64,000 bases of DNA from an uncultured Pseudomonadota bacterium. Its GTDB lineage: Bacteria > Myxococcota_A > Polyangia > Fen-1088. Under the pieces are notes generated by a model. It ran no database searches. It saw only the letters and a list, made by a program, of their open reading frames with translations, and was not told the origin of the DNA. The position numbers and the translations under genes were made by a program. Numbering within the stretch: the stretch's first letter is position 1; every line of letters starts with the position of its first letter. Location: positions 804,962 to 868,961 of the forward strand of contig CAVSAG010000002.1 in assembly GCA_963725905.1 (NCBI GenBank). Reading direction: 5' to 3'. This document shows, one piece after another, positions 38,633 through 47,956 of the stretch.

Positions 38633-41600
38633 GTGATCGAGCGGGTCGTCGCCGGGCGGTTCCACCTTCTCGCCGAGGCCGGCGCGGGAGGGATGGGCGC
38701 CGTCTACCGCGCGCGCGATCTCGCCACCGGCGCGACGGTGGCGGTCAAGATCCTGACCGGCCGCGAGGCGCGCGAGGCGCAGCGGTTCGATCAGGAGGCC
38801 GCGATCCTGGCCGGGCTGGTTCATCCGGCCATCGTCCGTTACATCACCCACGGCGTCGCCGACAGCGGCGCGCGCTACATCGCCATGGAGTGGCTCGACG
38901 GCGAGGACCTGGCGGCGCGGCTCGCGCGCGAGCACCCGACCGTCGCCGAGACGGTGGCCATCGCCCGCCGCACGGCGGAGGCGCTGGCCCACGCGCACCG
39001 GGCGGGGGTCGTTCACCGCGACATCAAGCCGGGAAACCTGTTTCTCCCCGGTGGCGCCATCGAGCGGCTCAAGGTGCTCGACTTCGGCATCGCGCGGCTC
39101 ACCAGCGCCGCGCGAAAATTGACCCGCACCGGCTCGGTGATAGGCACGCCCGGCTACATGGCGCCCGAGCTCGTGCGCGGGGCGCGCGACATCACCCCGC
39201 GCGCCGACGTCTTCTCGCTCGGCTGCGTGATGTTCCAGTGTTTGACCGGCCGCGCGGTGTTCGAGGCCGAGGCGCCGACCGCGCTCTTGGCGAAGATCCT
39301 GCTGGCCGATGCGCCGCGCGTGCGCGATCTGGCGCCGGAGATCCCGGCGGCGGTCGACGACTGCGTGGCGCGCATGCTGGTCAGGGAGCCCGAACGGCGG
39401 CTCGCCGACGCGGCCGCCGTACTGGAGGCGCTGGGCGCGCTCGGTCCCCTCGGCGCCGGGCGCGCGGGCGGCGGCCTGCGCCCGGGCGCGCCGACCGCGG
39501 CGCTCACCGCGAGCGAGCGGCGGATCGCCTGCGTCGTCATCGCCGGACCGTCGGTCACCGGCGAGCGGCGCTGGAGCGGCGAGACACCGCCGGCCCGGCA
39601 GCCTGACGCGTGGATGGAGCCGGGCTCTGCCCGGCGGAGTCCATCGCATACTACAGACGAGGAGGTGGTCATCGCCGGGCAGCTGCGGCGGCTGGTCGCG
39701 ATCGAGGAGGAGCTGGTCCGCCAGCACGGCGCGCAGGTTCATCCGCTGCCCGACGGTTCGCTGGTGGTGTCGCTGCCCGAGCAGGAGCGGGCCACCGACC
39801 AGGCGGCGCGGGCGGCGCGCTGTGCGCTGGCGATGCGCAGCGCGCTGCCGGGCGTGGCGCTGGTCGTCTCGACGGGGCAGGGGCGCTTCGCGGCCTGGTC
39901 GGCGGTCGGTGCGGTGATCGACAACGGGATGCGTCTTCTGCGCGGGACGCCGCCGGGGGCGATCCGCCTCGATGACGTGGCCGCGGGGCTGCTCGACGCG
40001 CGCTTCGACGTCCGGCGCGAGGGGACCGCCCCCTACCTGCGTGCCGAGCGCGACGCGTTCGGCGTGCAGCGCCAGCTGCTCGGCAAGCAGACGCCGTTCG
40101 TCGGGCGCGGCCGCGAGATGTCGATGCTGACCAACCTCTATGCCGGCACCGTCGCCGAGTCGGTCGCCACGCCGGTGCTGGTGATCGGCTCGGCGGGCGC
40201 CGGCAAGTCGCGGCTGCGTCAGGAGCTGTGCGAGTGGGTGCAGCGGCAGCCCGATGGTGCGGAGGTTCTGTTCGGCGGCGTCGACTCGGTGGCGGCGGGG
40301 GCGCCGTTCGCCATGCTCGCCCGCGCCATCCGGCGGGCGGCCGGGATCGTCGACGGCGAGCCGCTCGAGGCGCGGCGCGACAAGCTGGCGGCGCGGGTCG
40401 CGCGTCACGTCGATCGCGAGGCGCGCGAGCGGGTCACCGAGTTCCTGGGGGAGATCGCCGACGTCCGTTTCGCGGACGGCAGCGAGGCGCTGCGGACGGC
40501 GCGCGGCAACCCGCAGCTGATGGGCGACGGCATGCGCCGCGCGTTCGAGGACTGGCTGGCGGCCGAGTGCGCCGCCCACCCGGTGCTGCTGGTGCTGGAG
40601 GATCTGCACTGGGGCGATCTGGGGACGGTGAGCTTCCTCGACGGCGCGCTCCGCAACCTTCACGATCAGCCGCTCCTGGTGCTGGCCCTGGCCCGTCCCG
40701 AGGTGGACGAGCGGTTCCCCGACGTCTGGACGGCGCGCCACCGCCAGACGATCCGGCTCGGCCCGCTCTCGCCGCGCGCCAGCGAGCAACTGGTGCGGCA
40801 GGCGCTGGCGGCGATCGGCGACGAGCTCCTGGCGCGGATCGTCGAGCGCGCGGACGGCAACCCCTTCTACCTCGAGGAGCTGATCCGCGCGGCGGCGGCC
40901 GGGCGCGCCGACGCGCTCCCCGACTCGGTGCTGGCGATGGTGCAAGCGCGGCTCGACGCCGAGGGGGGCGACGGCAAGCGGGTGCTGCGCGCGGCGGCGG
41001 TCTTCGGCGAGCGGTTTTCGCGCGCGGGGTTGGCGGCGCTGCTCGGCGGCGCGACCGGGATCGACGACGTCGCCGATGCGATCGAGCGACTGCTGGCGCG
41101 CGAGCTCTTCGCCCGGGCCCAGGCGCCCGCCCTCGAAGGGGACGTCGAGCTGATGTTCGCGCACGCGCTGGTCCGCGAGGCGGCCTATGCGATGCTCACC
41201 GACGAGGACCGGCTGCTTGGCCACCGGCTGGCGGGCGCCTGGCTGGAGCAGACGGGCGCCGCCGACGCGATGGTCCTGGCCGAGCACTTCCGGCGCGGAG
41301 ACGAGCCGGCGCGCGCGGCGCGCTGGTACGACCGGGCGGCGGCCCAGGCGCTCTCGGCCAACGACTTGTTGGCCGCGATCGACCGGGCCGAGCTGGGGCT
41401 CCGGGCTGGCGCCGACGCCGAGCTGGCGGGGAAGCTGCGGCTCATCGCGGCCGAGGCGCACGTCTGGCGCGGCGAGCTCGCCGAGGCCGAGCGCCTGGCC
41501 CTGGCCGCCGCCGCCGATCTCCCGGCCGGCGGCGCCGCCTGGCTGCGCGCGCTGGCGCAGGCGATCCTCGCGTCGGGCAAGCACGGCCGGCTGGAGAGCG

Positions 41601-42622
41601 TCGAAGAGCAGGTCCGGCTGGTCGAGAATTCGCCGCTCACGGCCGATCCGGCCGTCCGCAGCGCCCGGATCATCTCGCTGGCGTGGGGCGCCCACTTTCT
41701 GGTCTTCGGCGGGCGATACGCCATCGCCGATCCGCTGATCGCGGCCATCGGCGCGCTGGCGGGCGAGCGGGACGCCGCGCTCGATCCGCAGGCGCTGGGG
41801 CTCCTGCATCAGGTGCGGGCGGTACGGGCCTCCGCGGCCGGAGATCTCGGGCGCTGCTTGAGCGGCCTCGAATCGGCGCTGCAGGCGTTCGAGCAGGCGG
41901 GCGACCTGCGCAACGCCTGCGCCGTCCGCAACAACCTCGGCTACATGTACTCGGAGCTCGGTGACTTCCAGCGGGCCGAGGCGGCGCTGCGCCAGGCGCT
42001 CTCCGCCTGCGATCGGATGGGGCTCCACGATCTCTCGGCCGCCGTGCAGCACAACCTCGGGCGCGTCCTCGGCTTCGGGGCCGAGCTGGGGGAGGCGGAG
42101 CGGCTCGAACGGCTGGCCATCGAGGCGCTCCGCCGGCAGGGTGAACCGCGGCTCGAGGGGTTGGCGCGCGTCTACCTGGCCGAGATCCTGATCGCGCGCG
42201 GGGACTTCGCCGGCGCCGCCGGCGAGGCCTCGGCGGCGATCGCGGCGCTGGCGATCGCGCCGGCGATCCGGGTCGCGGCGCTGGGCGCGCTGGCACGCGC
42301 GCGGCTCGGCGGCGGCGATGCCGGCGGGGCGCTGGCGGCCGCGCGCGAGGCCCACGCGGCGCTCGAGCGGCTGGGCGAGATCGAGGAGGGCGAGTCGATC
42401 GTGCGGCTGACCTACGCCGAGGCGCTGGCGGCGGCCGGCGAGCACGCGCAGGCCCACGCCGCGCTGATCGTCGCCCGCGCGCGCCTCCTGGCCCGCGCCG
42501 AGCGGGTCGCCGACCTCGACTGGCGCCACCGCTTCCTGCACGAGGTCCCGGTCAACGCCCGCATCCTCGCCCTGGCCGCCGCGCCGCCGCAGCCTCCGAC
42601 GCGTTCGACCGCCGCCGCCTGA
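38633..42622 (+). CDS. Ser/Thr protein kinase / AAA ATPase / TPR multidomain (STAND-type) signalling protein
   Basis: Kinase motifs GAGGMGAVYRARD, VAVK, HRDIKPGNLFL, DFGIA, GTPGYMAPE. P-loop GSAGAGKSRL. Long TPR-like C-terminus. GTG start at 38633, 8 nt after the upstream stop. Confidence 0.85.
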   Translation: MIERVVAGRFHLLAEAGAGGMGAVYRARDLATGATVAVKILTGREAREAQRFDQEAAILAGLVHPAIVRYITHGVADSGARYIAMEWLDGEDLAARLAREHPTVAETVAIARRTAEALAHAHRAGVVHRDIKPGNLFLPGGAIERLKVLDFGIARLTSAARKLTRTGSVIGTPGYMAPELVRGARDITPRADVFSLGCVMFQCLTGRAVFEAEAPTALLAKILLADAPRVRDLAPEIPAAVDDCVARMLVREPERRLADAAAVLEALGALGPLGAGRAGGGLRPGAPTAALTASERRIACVVIAGPSVTGERRWSGETPPARQPDAWMEPGSARRSPSHTTDEEVVIAGQLRRLVAIEEELVRQHGAQVHPLPDGSLVVSLPEQERATDQAARAARCALAMRSALPGVALVVSTGQGRFAAWSAVGAVIDNGMRLLRGTPPGAIRLDDVAAGLLDARFDVRREGTAPYLRAERDAFGVQRQLLGKQTPFVGRGREMSMLTNLYAGTVAESVATPVLVIGSAGAGKSRLRQELCEWVQRQPDGAEVLFGGVDSVAAGAPFAMLARAIRRAAGIVDGEPLEARRDKLAARVARHVDREARERVTEFLGEIADVRFADGSEALRTARGNPQLMGDGMRRAFEDWLAAECAAHPVLLVLEDLHWGDLGTVSFLDGALRNLHDQPLLVLALARPEVDERFPDVWTARHRQTIRLGPLSPRASEQLVRQALAAIGDELLARIVERADGNPFYLEELIRAAAAGRADALPDSVLAMVQARLDAEGGDGKRVLRAAAVFGERFSRAGLAALLGGATGIDDVADAIERLLARELFARAQAPALEGDVELMFAHALVREAAYAMLTDEDRLLGHRLAGAWLEQTGAADAMVLAEHFRRGDEPARAARWYDRAAAQALSANDLLAAIDRAELGLRAGADAELAGKLRLIAAEAHVWRGELAEAERLALAAAADLPAGGAAWLRALAQAILASGKHGRLESVEEQVRLVENSPLTADPAVRSARIISLAWGAHFLVFGGRYAIADPLIAAIGALAGERDAALDPQALGLLHQVRAVRASAAGDLGRCLSGLESALQAFEQAGDLRNACAVRNNLGYMYSELGDFQRAEAALRQALSACDRMGLHDLSAAVQHNLGRVLGFGAELGEAERLERLAIEALRRQGEPRLEGLARVYLAEILIARGDFAGAAGEASAAIAALAIAPAIRVAALGALARARLGGGDAGGALAAAREAHAALERLGEIEEGESIVRLTYAEALAAAGEHAQAHAALIVARARLLARAERVADLDWRHRFLHEVPVNARILALAAAPPQPPTRSTAAA

Positions 42623-42659
42623 TTCGCCTCTCACGAATCGTCACATCTCCGGCGGCACC

Positions 42660-43770
42660 AACATCCGCGCAATCAAGGTCGAGCCGTCCGCGCGCCGACG
42701 CGCCCAACCCATCGGCGTCCCGGCGCAGACGACCGCACCCCCGCCGAATCAAGTCACGCGAGCGCCGCGGTCCCAGCGGAATCAAGTCGCGCGGTCGCCG
42801 CGGCGATTCGGCCGCCCACCACGCAACCCGCCGCGGTCCGCGCCCGACAACGGGACATGCGCGGAATCAAGACGGTGCGACGGCGTCAGCTCAACTTGCC
42901 CCTCGGGGCGCCACGCACCTGGGGTGGCGCTCGCAAGGGCGCCGGGCGGAAACCCCGCGGCCGTGCCTCGATGCCCCACGACACGCGGCCGAAGGTCGAT
43001 CCGCGATACCCGGTGCAGGTCACCATTCGCGCGACGCCGGGGCTGCCGTCGCTGCGCTCCCCCCGGCTGTTCGGGGCGCTCCGGCGCGCCATCGCGCGTG
43101 CGTCGGTCGACCGGTTCCGGGTGATTCACTTCTCGATCCAGCAGGACCACGGCCACTTCATCGTCGAGGGGGACGAAGCCCGGCGCGCCCGCGGGGGTAT
43201 GCACGGCCTGGCGATCCGCCTGGCGCTGGCAGTCAACCGCGCCCTCGGGCGCAAGGGGCAGGTCGTCGGCGACCGCTACCACGCGCGCCCGCTGACCACG
43301 CCGCGCCAGATGCGGACCAGCATGGTTTACGTGCTGCTCAACTTCCGCAAGCACCTCCGGGCGCCCGCGTGCATCGACCCGCGCAGCTCGGGGCCACAGT
43401 TTTCGGGGTGGCGGCGCGCGCCCGCGAGCGCCGACGCGATCACCCCCGCGATCACCGGCGCGATCACCGGCGCTCCTTCGGCGACGGCGTCGCCTGCCAC
43501 CTGGATGGCGCGCGTCGGATGGAGGCGCGCGGGCGGTCTGTTGCGGGTCGACGAGCACCCCGCCTCGGCGCCGCGCGCGCACCCAACTTGAATCCGCGGA
43601 TGTTGCCCGGCGCGGGCCGCAGCCACTTGAATCGCGGATGGGTCGCGGCGGGTCGCCCGCCTCGAGCGCGCCTGAAGCCGAAGGCGGCTTGAATCCGGAC
43701 GGCAGCGCTGAAGGCAGGGACGGGAGCGCTTGAAGGCGGGAAGGCATTTGAAACTTCTGCGCGGGCGACT
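42660..43770 (+). mobile_element. IS200/IS605-like (Y1 HUH) RAYT-type transposase with flanking REP-like repeat arrays
   Basis: Transposase CDS 42857..43591 flanked by 4 upstream copies of GAATCAAG(T/A)C and 3-5 downstream copies of CTTGAA(T/G)C. Confidence 0.45.
42857..43591 (+). CDS. REP-associated tyrosine transposase (IS200-like, PF01797 Y1_Tnp)
   Basis: PRYPVQVTIRATPGLPSLR...RFRVIHFSIQQDHGHFIVEGDE (HxH of the HUH motif)...YHARPLTTPRQMRTSMVYVLLNFRKH. Confidence 0.8.
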   Translation: MRGIKTVRRRQLNLPLGAPRTWGGARKGAGRKPRGRASMPHDTRPKVDPRYPVQVTIRATPGLPSLRSPRLFGALRRAIARASVDRFRVIHFSIQQDHGHFIVEGDEARRARGGMHGLAIRLALAVNRALGRKGQVVGDRYHARPLTTPRQMRTSMVYVLLNFRKHLRAPACIDPRSSGPQFSGWRRAPASADAITPAITGAITGAPSATASPATWMARVGWRRAGGLLRVDEHPASAPRAHPT

Positions 43771-43791
43771 ATGCTGCGCCACGAACAACTC

Positions 43792-44607
43792 ATGGCCACC
43801 GTCGACGTTCCGCTCAAGAGGGTCCGTTTCGGCCACACCGCCCGCAAAGATGCCTGGTGGGTCATGCCGCTGACGACGTTCGTGGTGTTTTCCGCGTTCA
43901 TCGTCTACGTCACCTGGGCGCTGTTTCAGGGGGAGAACTACAGCTACGGCAACTACCTGTCGCCGCTCTACTCGCCGGAGCTGTTCGGCAACTCGCCGCA
44001 CGCCTGGTTCGGCCCCTGGCGCTGGCCTTTCCTCCTCCCCTTCGTGCCCTTTATTAAATATTCGCCGGCGATGCTGATCCTGATCTTCCCGTTGGCCTTC
44101 CGCATGACCTGCTACTACTACCGCGGCGCCTACTACAAGGCGTTCTGGGCTGACCCGCCCGCCTGCACCGTCGGCGAGCCGCGCGACGAGTACCGCGGCG
44201 AGCAGAAGTGGCCGCTGCTCATCCAGAACGTGCACCGCTACGCGCTCTACTTCGCGCTCGTCTTCATCGTCCTTCTGTCGATCGACGTGGTGAAGGGGTT
44301 CATCTTCAACAACCCCAAGACCGGCCAGGCGACGTTTGGGATGGGCGTCGGGTCGCTGGTGCTGCTCCTCAACGTCGTGCTCATCGCCGGCTACACGCTC
44401 GGCTGCCACTCATTCCGCCACCTGGTGGCCGGGGTGATGGACACTTTTTCGAAGTCACCGTTGCGCAAGAAGGCCTACGACTGCGCGAGTTGCCTCAACC
44501 GGCACCATCCGAAGTGGGCCTGGTGCTCGCTGATCTGGGTCGGGCTCACCGACGTCTACATCCGCCTCTGCGCCAGCGGCGTCATCACCGACCTGAGGAT
44601 CTTCTAG
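43792..44607 (+). CDS. sdhC: succinate dehydrogenase / fumarate reductase cytochrome b subunit (b558 family, 5 TM)
   Basis: Polytopic membrane protein immediately upstream of sdhA with a 2-nt gap; conserved His in TM helices; alternative start at 43771. Confidence 0.7.
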   Translation: MATVDVPLKRVRFGHTARKDAWWVMPLTTFVVFSAFIVYVTWALFQGENYSYGNYLSPLYSPELFGNSPHAWFGPWRWPFLLPFVPFIKYSPAMLILIFPLAFRMTCYYYRGAYYKAFWADPPACTVGEPRDEYRGEQKWPLLIQNVHRYALYFALVFIVLLSIDVVKGFIFNNPKTGQATFGMGVGSLVLLLNVVLIAGYTLGCHSFRHLVAGVMDTFSKSPLRKKAYDCASCLNRHHPKWAWCSLIWVGLTDVYIRLCASGVITDLRIF

Positions 44608-44609
44608 CC

Positions 44610-46433
44610 ATGCCCGTTCACGAGACCCACGAGCACGACGTTCTGGTCATCGGCGCCGGCGGCGCCGGCCTGCGCGCGGCCATCGAGGCCTCGGCCACCG
44701 GTGTGTCGGTCGGCCTGGTCTGCAAGTCGCTGCTCGGCAAGGCCCACACCGTCATGGCGGAGGGCGGGATGGCGGCGGCGATGGCGCACGTCGACGACCG
44801 CGACAGCTGGAAAGTCCACTTCGCGGACACCATTCGCGGCGGCCAGTACCTCAACAACTGGCGGATGGCGGAGCTGCACGCCAAGGAGGCGCCCGATCGC
44901 GTGCGCGAGCTCGAGGCCTGGGGCGCCGTCTTCGATCGCACCAAGGACGGCCGCATCCTGCAGCGCAACTTCGGCGGCCACCGCTACCCGCGCCTGGCGC
45001 ACGTCGGCGATCGCACCGGCCTGGAGATGATCCGCACGCTGCAAGACCACGGCGTCCACCAGGGCTTCAAGGTCTACATGGAGCACACGATCACCAAGCT
45101 GTTCGTCGACGCCGGCCGGATCGCGGGCGCGTTCGGCTATGACCGGGAGCGCGGCAACCTGCGCGTCTTCAAGGCCAAGGCGGTCGTGCTGGCCACCGGC
45201 GGCGTCGGCCGCGCCTTCAAGATCACCAGCAACAGCTGGGAGTACACCGGCGACGGCTACGCGCTGGCCTACGACGCCGGCGCCGACCTGATGGACATGG
45301 AGTTCATCCAGTTCCACCCGACGGGGATGGTCTGGCCGCCGTCGGTCAAGGGCATCCTGGTGACCGAGGGGGTGCGCGGCGAGGGGGGCGTGCTGCGCAA
45401 CAAGGACGGCAAGCGCTTCATGTTCGACGAGATCCCAGACAACTACAAAGCGCAGACGGCCGACAGCGAGGAAGAGGGCTGGAAGTATACGCAGGGGGAC
45501 AAGAACTCGCGCCGGCCGCCCGAGCTGCTCACGCGCGACCACGTGGCGCGCAAGATCATGAAAGAGGTGCGCGAGGGGCGCGGCAGCCCGCACGGCGGCG
45601 TCTTCCTGGACATCGCCTGGATCAAGTCGCGCGTCCCCGGCGGCGCCGAGCACATCAAGAAGAAGCTCCCCAGCATGTATCACCAGTTCAAGGAGCTGGC
45701 GAACGTCGACATCACCGAGGTGCCGATGGAGGTGGGGCCCACCACCCACTACACGATGGGCGGCGTGCGCGTCGACGGCGACACGCAGATGTCGACGGTG
45801 CCGGGGCTGTTCGCGGCCGGCGAGTGCGCGGCTGGCCTCCACGGCGCGAACCGGTTGGGCGGCAACTCACTCTCCGACCTCCTGGTGTTCGGCAAGCGCG
45901 CCGGCGAGCACGCCGCCAAGTTCGCGCGCGAGCGCGGGCCCGTGAGCATCGACGCGACCGCCATCGACGCGGCCGAGCGGGTGGCGCTGGCGCCGTTCGA
46001 GCGGGCGGCGGCCGGCGGCGAGGCCGAGGCGCCCTACAAGATCCAGTACGAGCTGCAGGATCTGATGCAGGAGAACGTCGGCATCGTGCGCAACGACGCC
46101 GACATGCGCAAGGCGGTCGAGGGGATCCAGGCGCTCAAGGCGCGCGCGGCCAAGATCGCCGCCGGCGGCAACCGCGAGTACAACCCCGGCTGGCACACGG
46201 CGCTCGATCTCGCCAATCTGCTGACCTGCGCCGAGGTGATCGCGACGTCGGCGCTCGAGCGCAAGGAGTCGCGCGGCGGCCACTTCCGCGAGGACCACCC
46301 GGACAAGGATCCGAATTTCGCCACCTTCAACCACGTCGTGCGCAAGGGGGCAGGGGGACGGGCCGATCTGCGGCGCGAGACGATCCCGACTCTGCGCGAC
46401 GATCTCAAGCAGGTCGTCGAGGAGAACAAATAA
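44610..46433 (+). CDS. sdhA: succinate dehydrogenase / fumarate reductase flavoprotein subunit
   Basis: DVLVIGAGGAGLRAAIEA...covalent-FAD region...HYTMGGVRVD...RESRGGHFRED; ATG at 44610; the upstream 130 aa of the track ORF is filler. Confidence 0.9.
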   Translation: MPVHETHEHDVLVIGAGGAGLRAAIEASATGVSVGLVCKSLLGKAHTVMAEGGMAAAMAHVDDRDSWKVHFADTIRGGQYLNNWRMAELHAKEAPDRVRELEAWGAVFDRTKDGRILQRNFGGHRYPRLAHVGDRTGLEMIRTLQDHGVHQGFKVYMEHTITKLFVDAGRIAGAFGYDRERGNLRVFKAKAVVLATGGVGRAFKITSNSWEYTGDGYALAYDAGADLMDMEFIQFHPTGMVWPPSVKGILVTEGVRGEGGVLRNKDGKRFMFDEIPDNYKAQTADSEEEGWKYTQGDKNSRRPPELLTRDHVARKIMKEVREGRGSPHGGVFLDIAWIKSRVPGGAEHIKKKLPSMYHQFKELANVDITEVPMEVGPTTHYTMGGVRVDGDTQMSTVPGLFAAGECAAGLHGANRLGGNSLSDLLVFGKRAGEHAAKFARERGPVSIDATAIDAAERVALAPFERAAAGGEAEAPYKIQYELQDLMQENVGIVRNDADMRKAVEGIQALKARAAKIAAGGNREYNPGWHTALDLANLLTCAEVIATSALERKESRGGHFREDHPDKDPNFATFNHVVRKGAGGRADLRRETIPTLRDDLKQVVEENK

Positions 46434-46435
46434 CC

Positions 46436-47191
46436 ATGGCCACCGATTCAGCAGTGTTTCGCGTCTGGCGCGGCGAGAAGGGCCAGGGGGAATTCCGCGA
46501 CTACCGGACGCCGGTCTCGGAAGGGATGGTCGTGCTCGACGCCATTCATCAAATACAGGCCGAGCAAGCCAACGATCTGGCCGTGCGCTGGAACTGCAAG
46601 GCCGGCAAGTGCGGGTCGTGCTCCGCGGAGGTGAACGGCATGCCCAAGCTGATGTGCATGACCCGGCTCGACGACCTGCCGCTCGAAGTGCCGGTCACGG
46701 TGCAACCGCTGCAGGCCTTCCCGTCGATCCGCGATCTGGTCACCGACGTGTCCTGGAACTTCCGCGTGAAGAAGGAGATCAAGCCGTTCAAGCCGCGCGC
46801 GCCCGATGCCCCCGACGGCACCTGGCGCATGCAGCAGGAAGACATCGAGCGCGTGCAGGAGTTCCGCAAGTGCATCGAGTGTTTTCTCTGCCAGGACGTC
46901 TGCCACGTACTGCGCGACCACCACAAGCACGAGGAGTTCATCGGCCCGCGCTTCCTGGTGCACGTCGCGGCGCTGGAGATGCACCCGCTCGACACCGAGG
47001 ACCGCGTCCCCGAGCTCAAGCAGGCCCACGGTATCGGCTACTGCAACATCACCAAGTGCTGCACCAAGGTCTGCCCCGAGCACATCACCATCACCGACAA
47101 CGCGATCATTCCGCTCAAGGAGCGGGTGGTCGACCGCTACTACGATCCGCTCAAGCGCCTGTTCGGGATCGGCAAAAAGCGGGAGCCCTGA
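46436..47191 (+). CDS. sdhB: succinate dehydrogenase / fumarate reductase iron-sulfur subunit
   Basis: 2Fe-2S cluster CKAGKCGSCSAEVNG. 4Fe-4S/3Fe-4S clusters CIECFLCQDVC and CNITKCCTKVCP. ATG 2 nt after the sdhA stop. Confidence 0.9.
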   Translation: MATDSAVFRVWRGEKGQGEFRDYRTPVSEGMVVLDAIHQIQAEQANDLAVRWNCKAGKCGSCSAEVNGMPKLMCMTRLDDLPLEVPVTVQPLQAFPSIRDLVTDVSWNFRVKKEIKPFKPRAPDAPDGTWRMQQEDIERVQEFRKCIECFLCQDVCHVLRDHHKHEEFIGPRFLVHVAALEMHPLDTEDRVPELKQAHGIGYCNITKCCTKVCPEHITITDNAIIPLKERVVDRYYDPLKRLFGIGKKREP

Positions 47192-47273
47192 GAGGGTTCC
47201 CGCACCCTCCCGCGCCGGGATCCGCGGGGCAAAGCCCGTCGGCTCCCACGCGATCGAAGCCCGCGCATCCCGG

Positions 47274-47831
47274 TTAGCCGCCGTCGGATGCGTCCGTGCC
47301 GGCGTCGCGCGCCGCGTCCCCGGCGCCGTCGGCGCTGCCGTCGGTCACGTAGGTGATCGCGTCGTAGAACCGGGTCCCACCGTCGGTGGTGGCGTAGACC
47401 CCGCCCCCGGCCGCGTGATCGGGGATGATGTACGTCGACGGGCCGATCACCGGATAGCCCTCGCAGCAGGTGCCCGGGGCGCTGTAGGTCGGGCCGAACT
47501 CCAGGTGGACGACCTCCCAGGGGCGCCCGTCGGTGTAAGGGTCGAAGGCGACGAGCACGTCGCACCAGCCCGGCGCCTGGCCGGAGATGGTCGTGTGGGT
47601 GCAGCTGGTGTTGGCCCCGTCGCCGATGCAGAGGGCCGACGAGCGCGACGGACAGGCCGGGCCGTAGACGTCGAACGCGACGCTCAGCTGGTAGTCGTCG
47701 CTCGATCCAATGTAGGCGGTCGGGGTCGGGCAGTTCGCGGCGCAGTTGCTGGCGCAGCCCGGTTGCGCCGTGAAGACGGCCAGCAGAAACCCCGCCACCG
47801 CGAGGACGGTCAGCGCCGAGAGCAGCTTCAT
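47274..47831 (-). CDS. secreted Cys-rich hypothetical protein
   Basis: Signal MKLLSALTVLAVAGFLLAVFTAQPGCAS; 10 Cys; GC3 bias. Confidence 0.5.
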   Translation of the reverse strand: MKLLSALTVLAVAGFLLAVFTAQPGCASNCAANCPTPTAYIGSSDDYQLSVAFDVYGPACPSRSSALCIGDGANTSCTHTTISGQAPGWCDVLVAFDPYTDGRPWEVVHLEFGPTYSAPGTCCEGYPVIGPSTYIIPDHAAGGGVYATTDGGTRFYDAITYVTDGSADGAGDAARDAGTDASDGG

Positions 47832-47956
47832 CGGGTGGGGGGTGAGCATATCCGCCGGGCGGGCGGCGCCAACAATAACTCACCGCCGGCGAAAAGCAGG
47901 TGACCGGCCCCACGCGGCTTGGTTTATGCTCGCCGCCCTCGGAGGGAGACAAGAAT

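Noticed and set aside
38603-42634. 1343-aa minus-strand ORF exactly antiparallel to the kinase/AAA/TPR gene
   Set aside because: Mirror ORF of a well-supported plus-strand gene. Sequence is Arg/Gly/Pro filler without domains.
47192-47273. GC hairpin (CCCGCG…CGCGGG) between convergent sdhB and the secreted Cys-rich protein gene as a terminator
   Set aside because: No flanking T/A run on either strand. Could be a weak or factor-dependent terminator but the evidence is insufficient.
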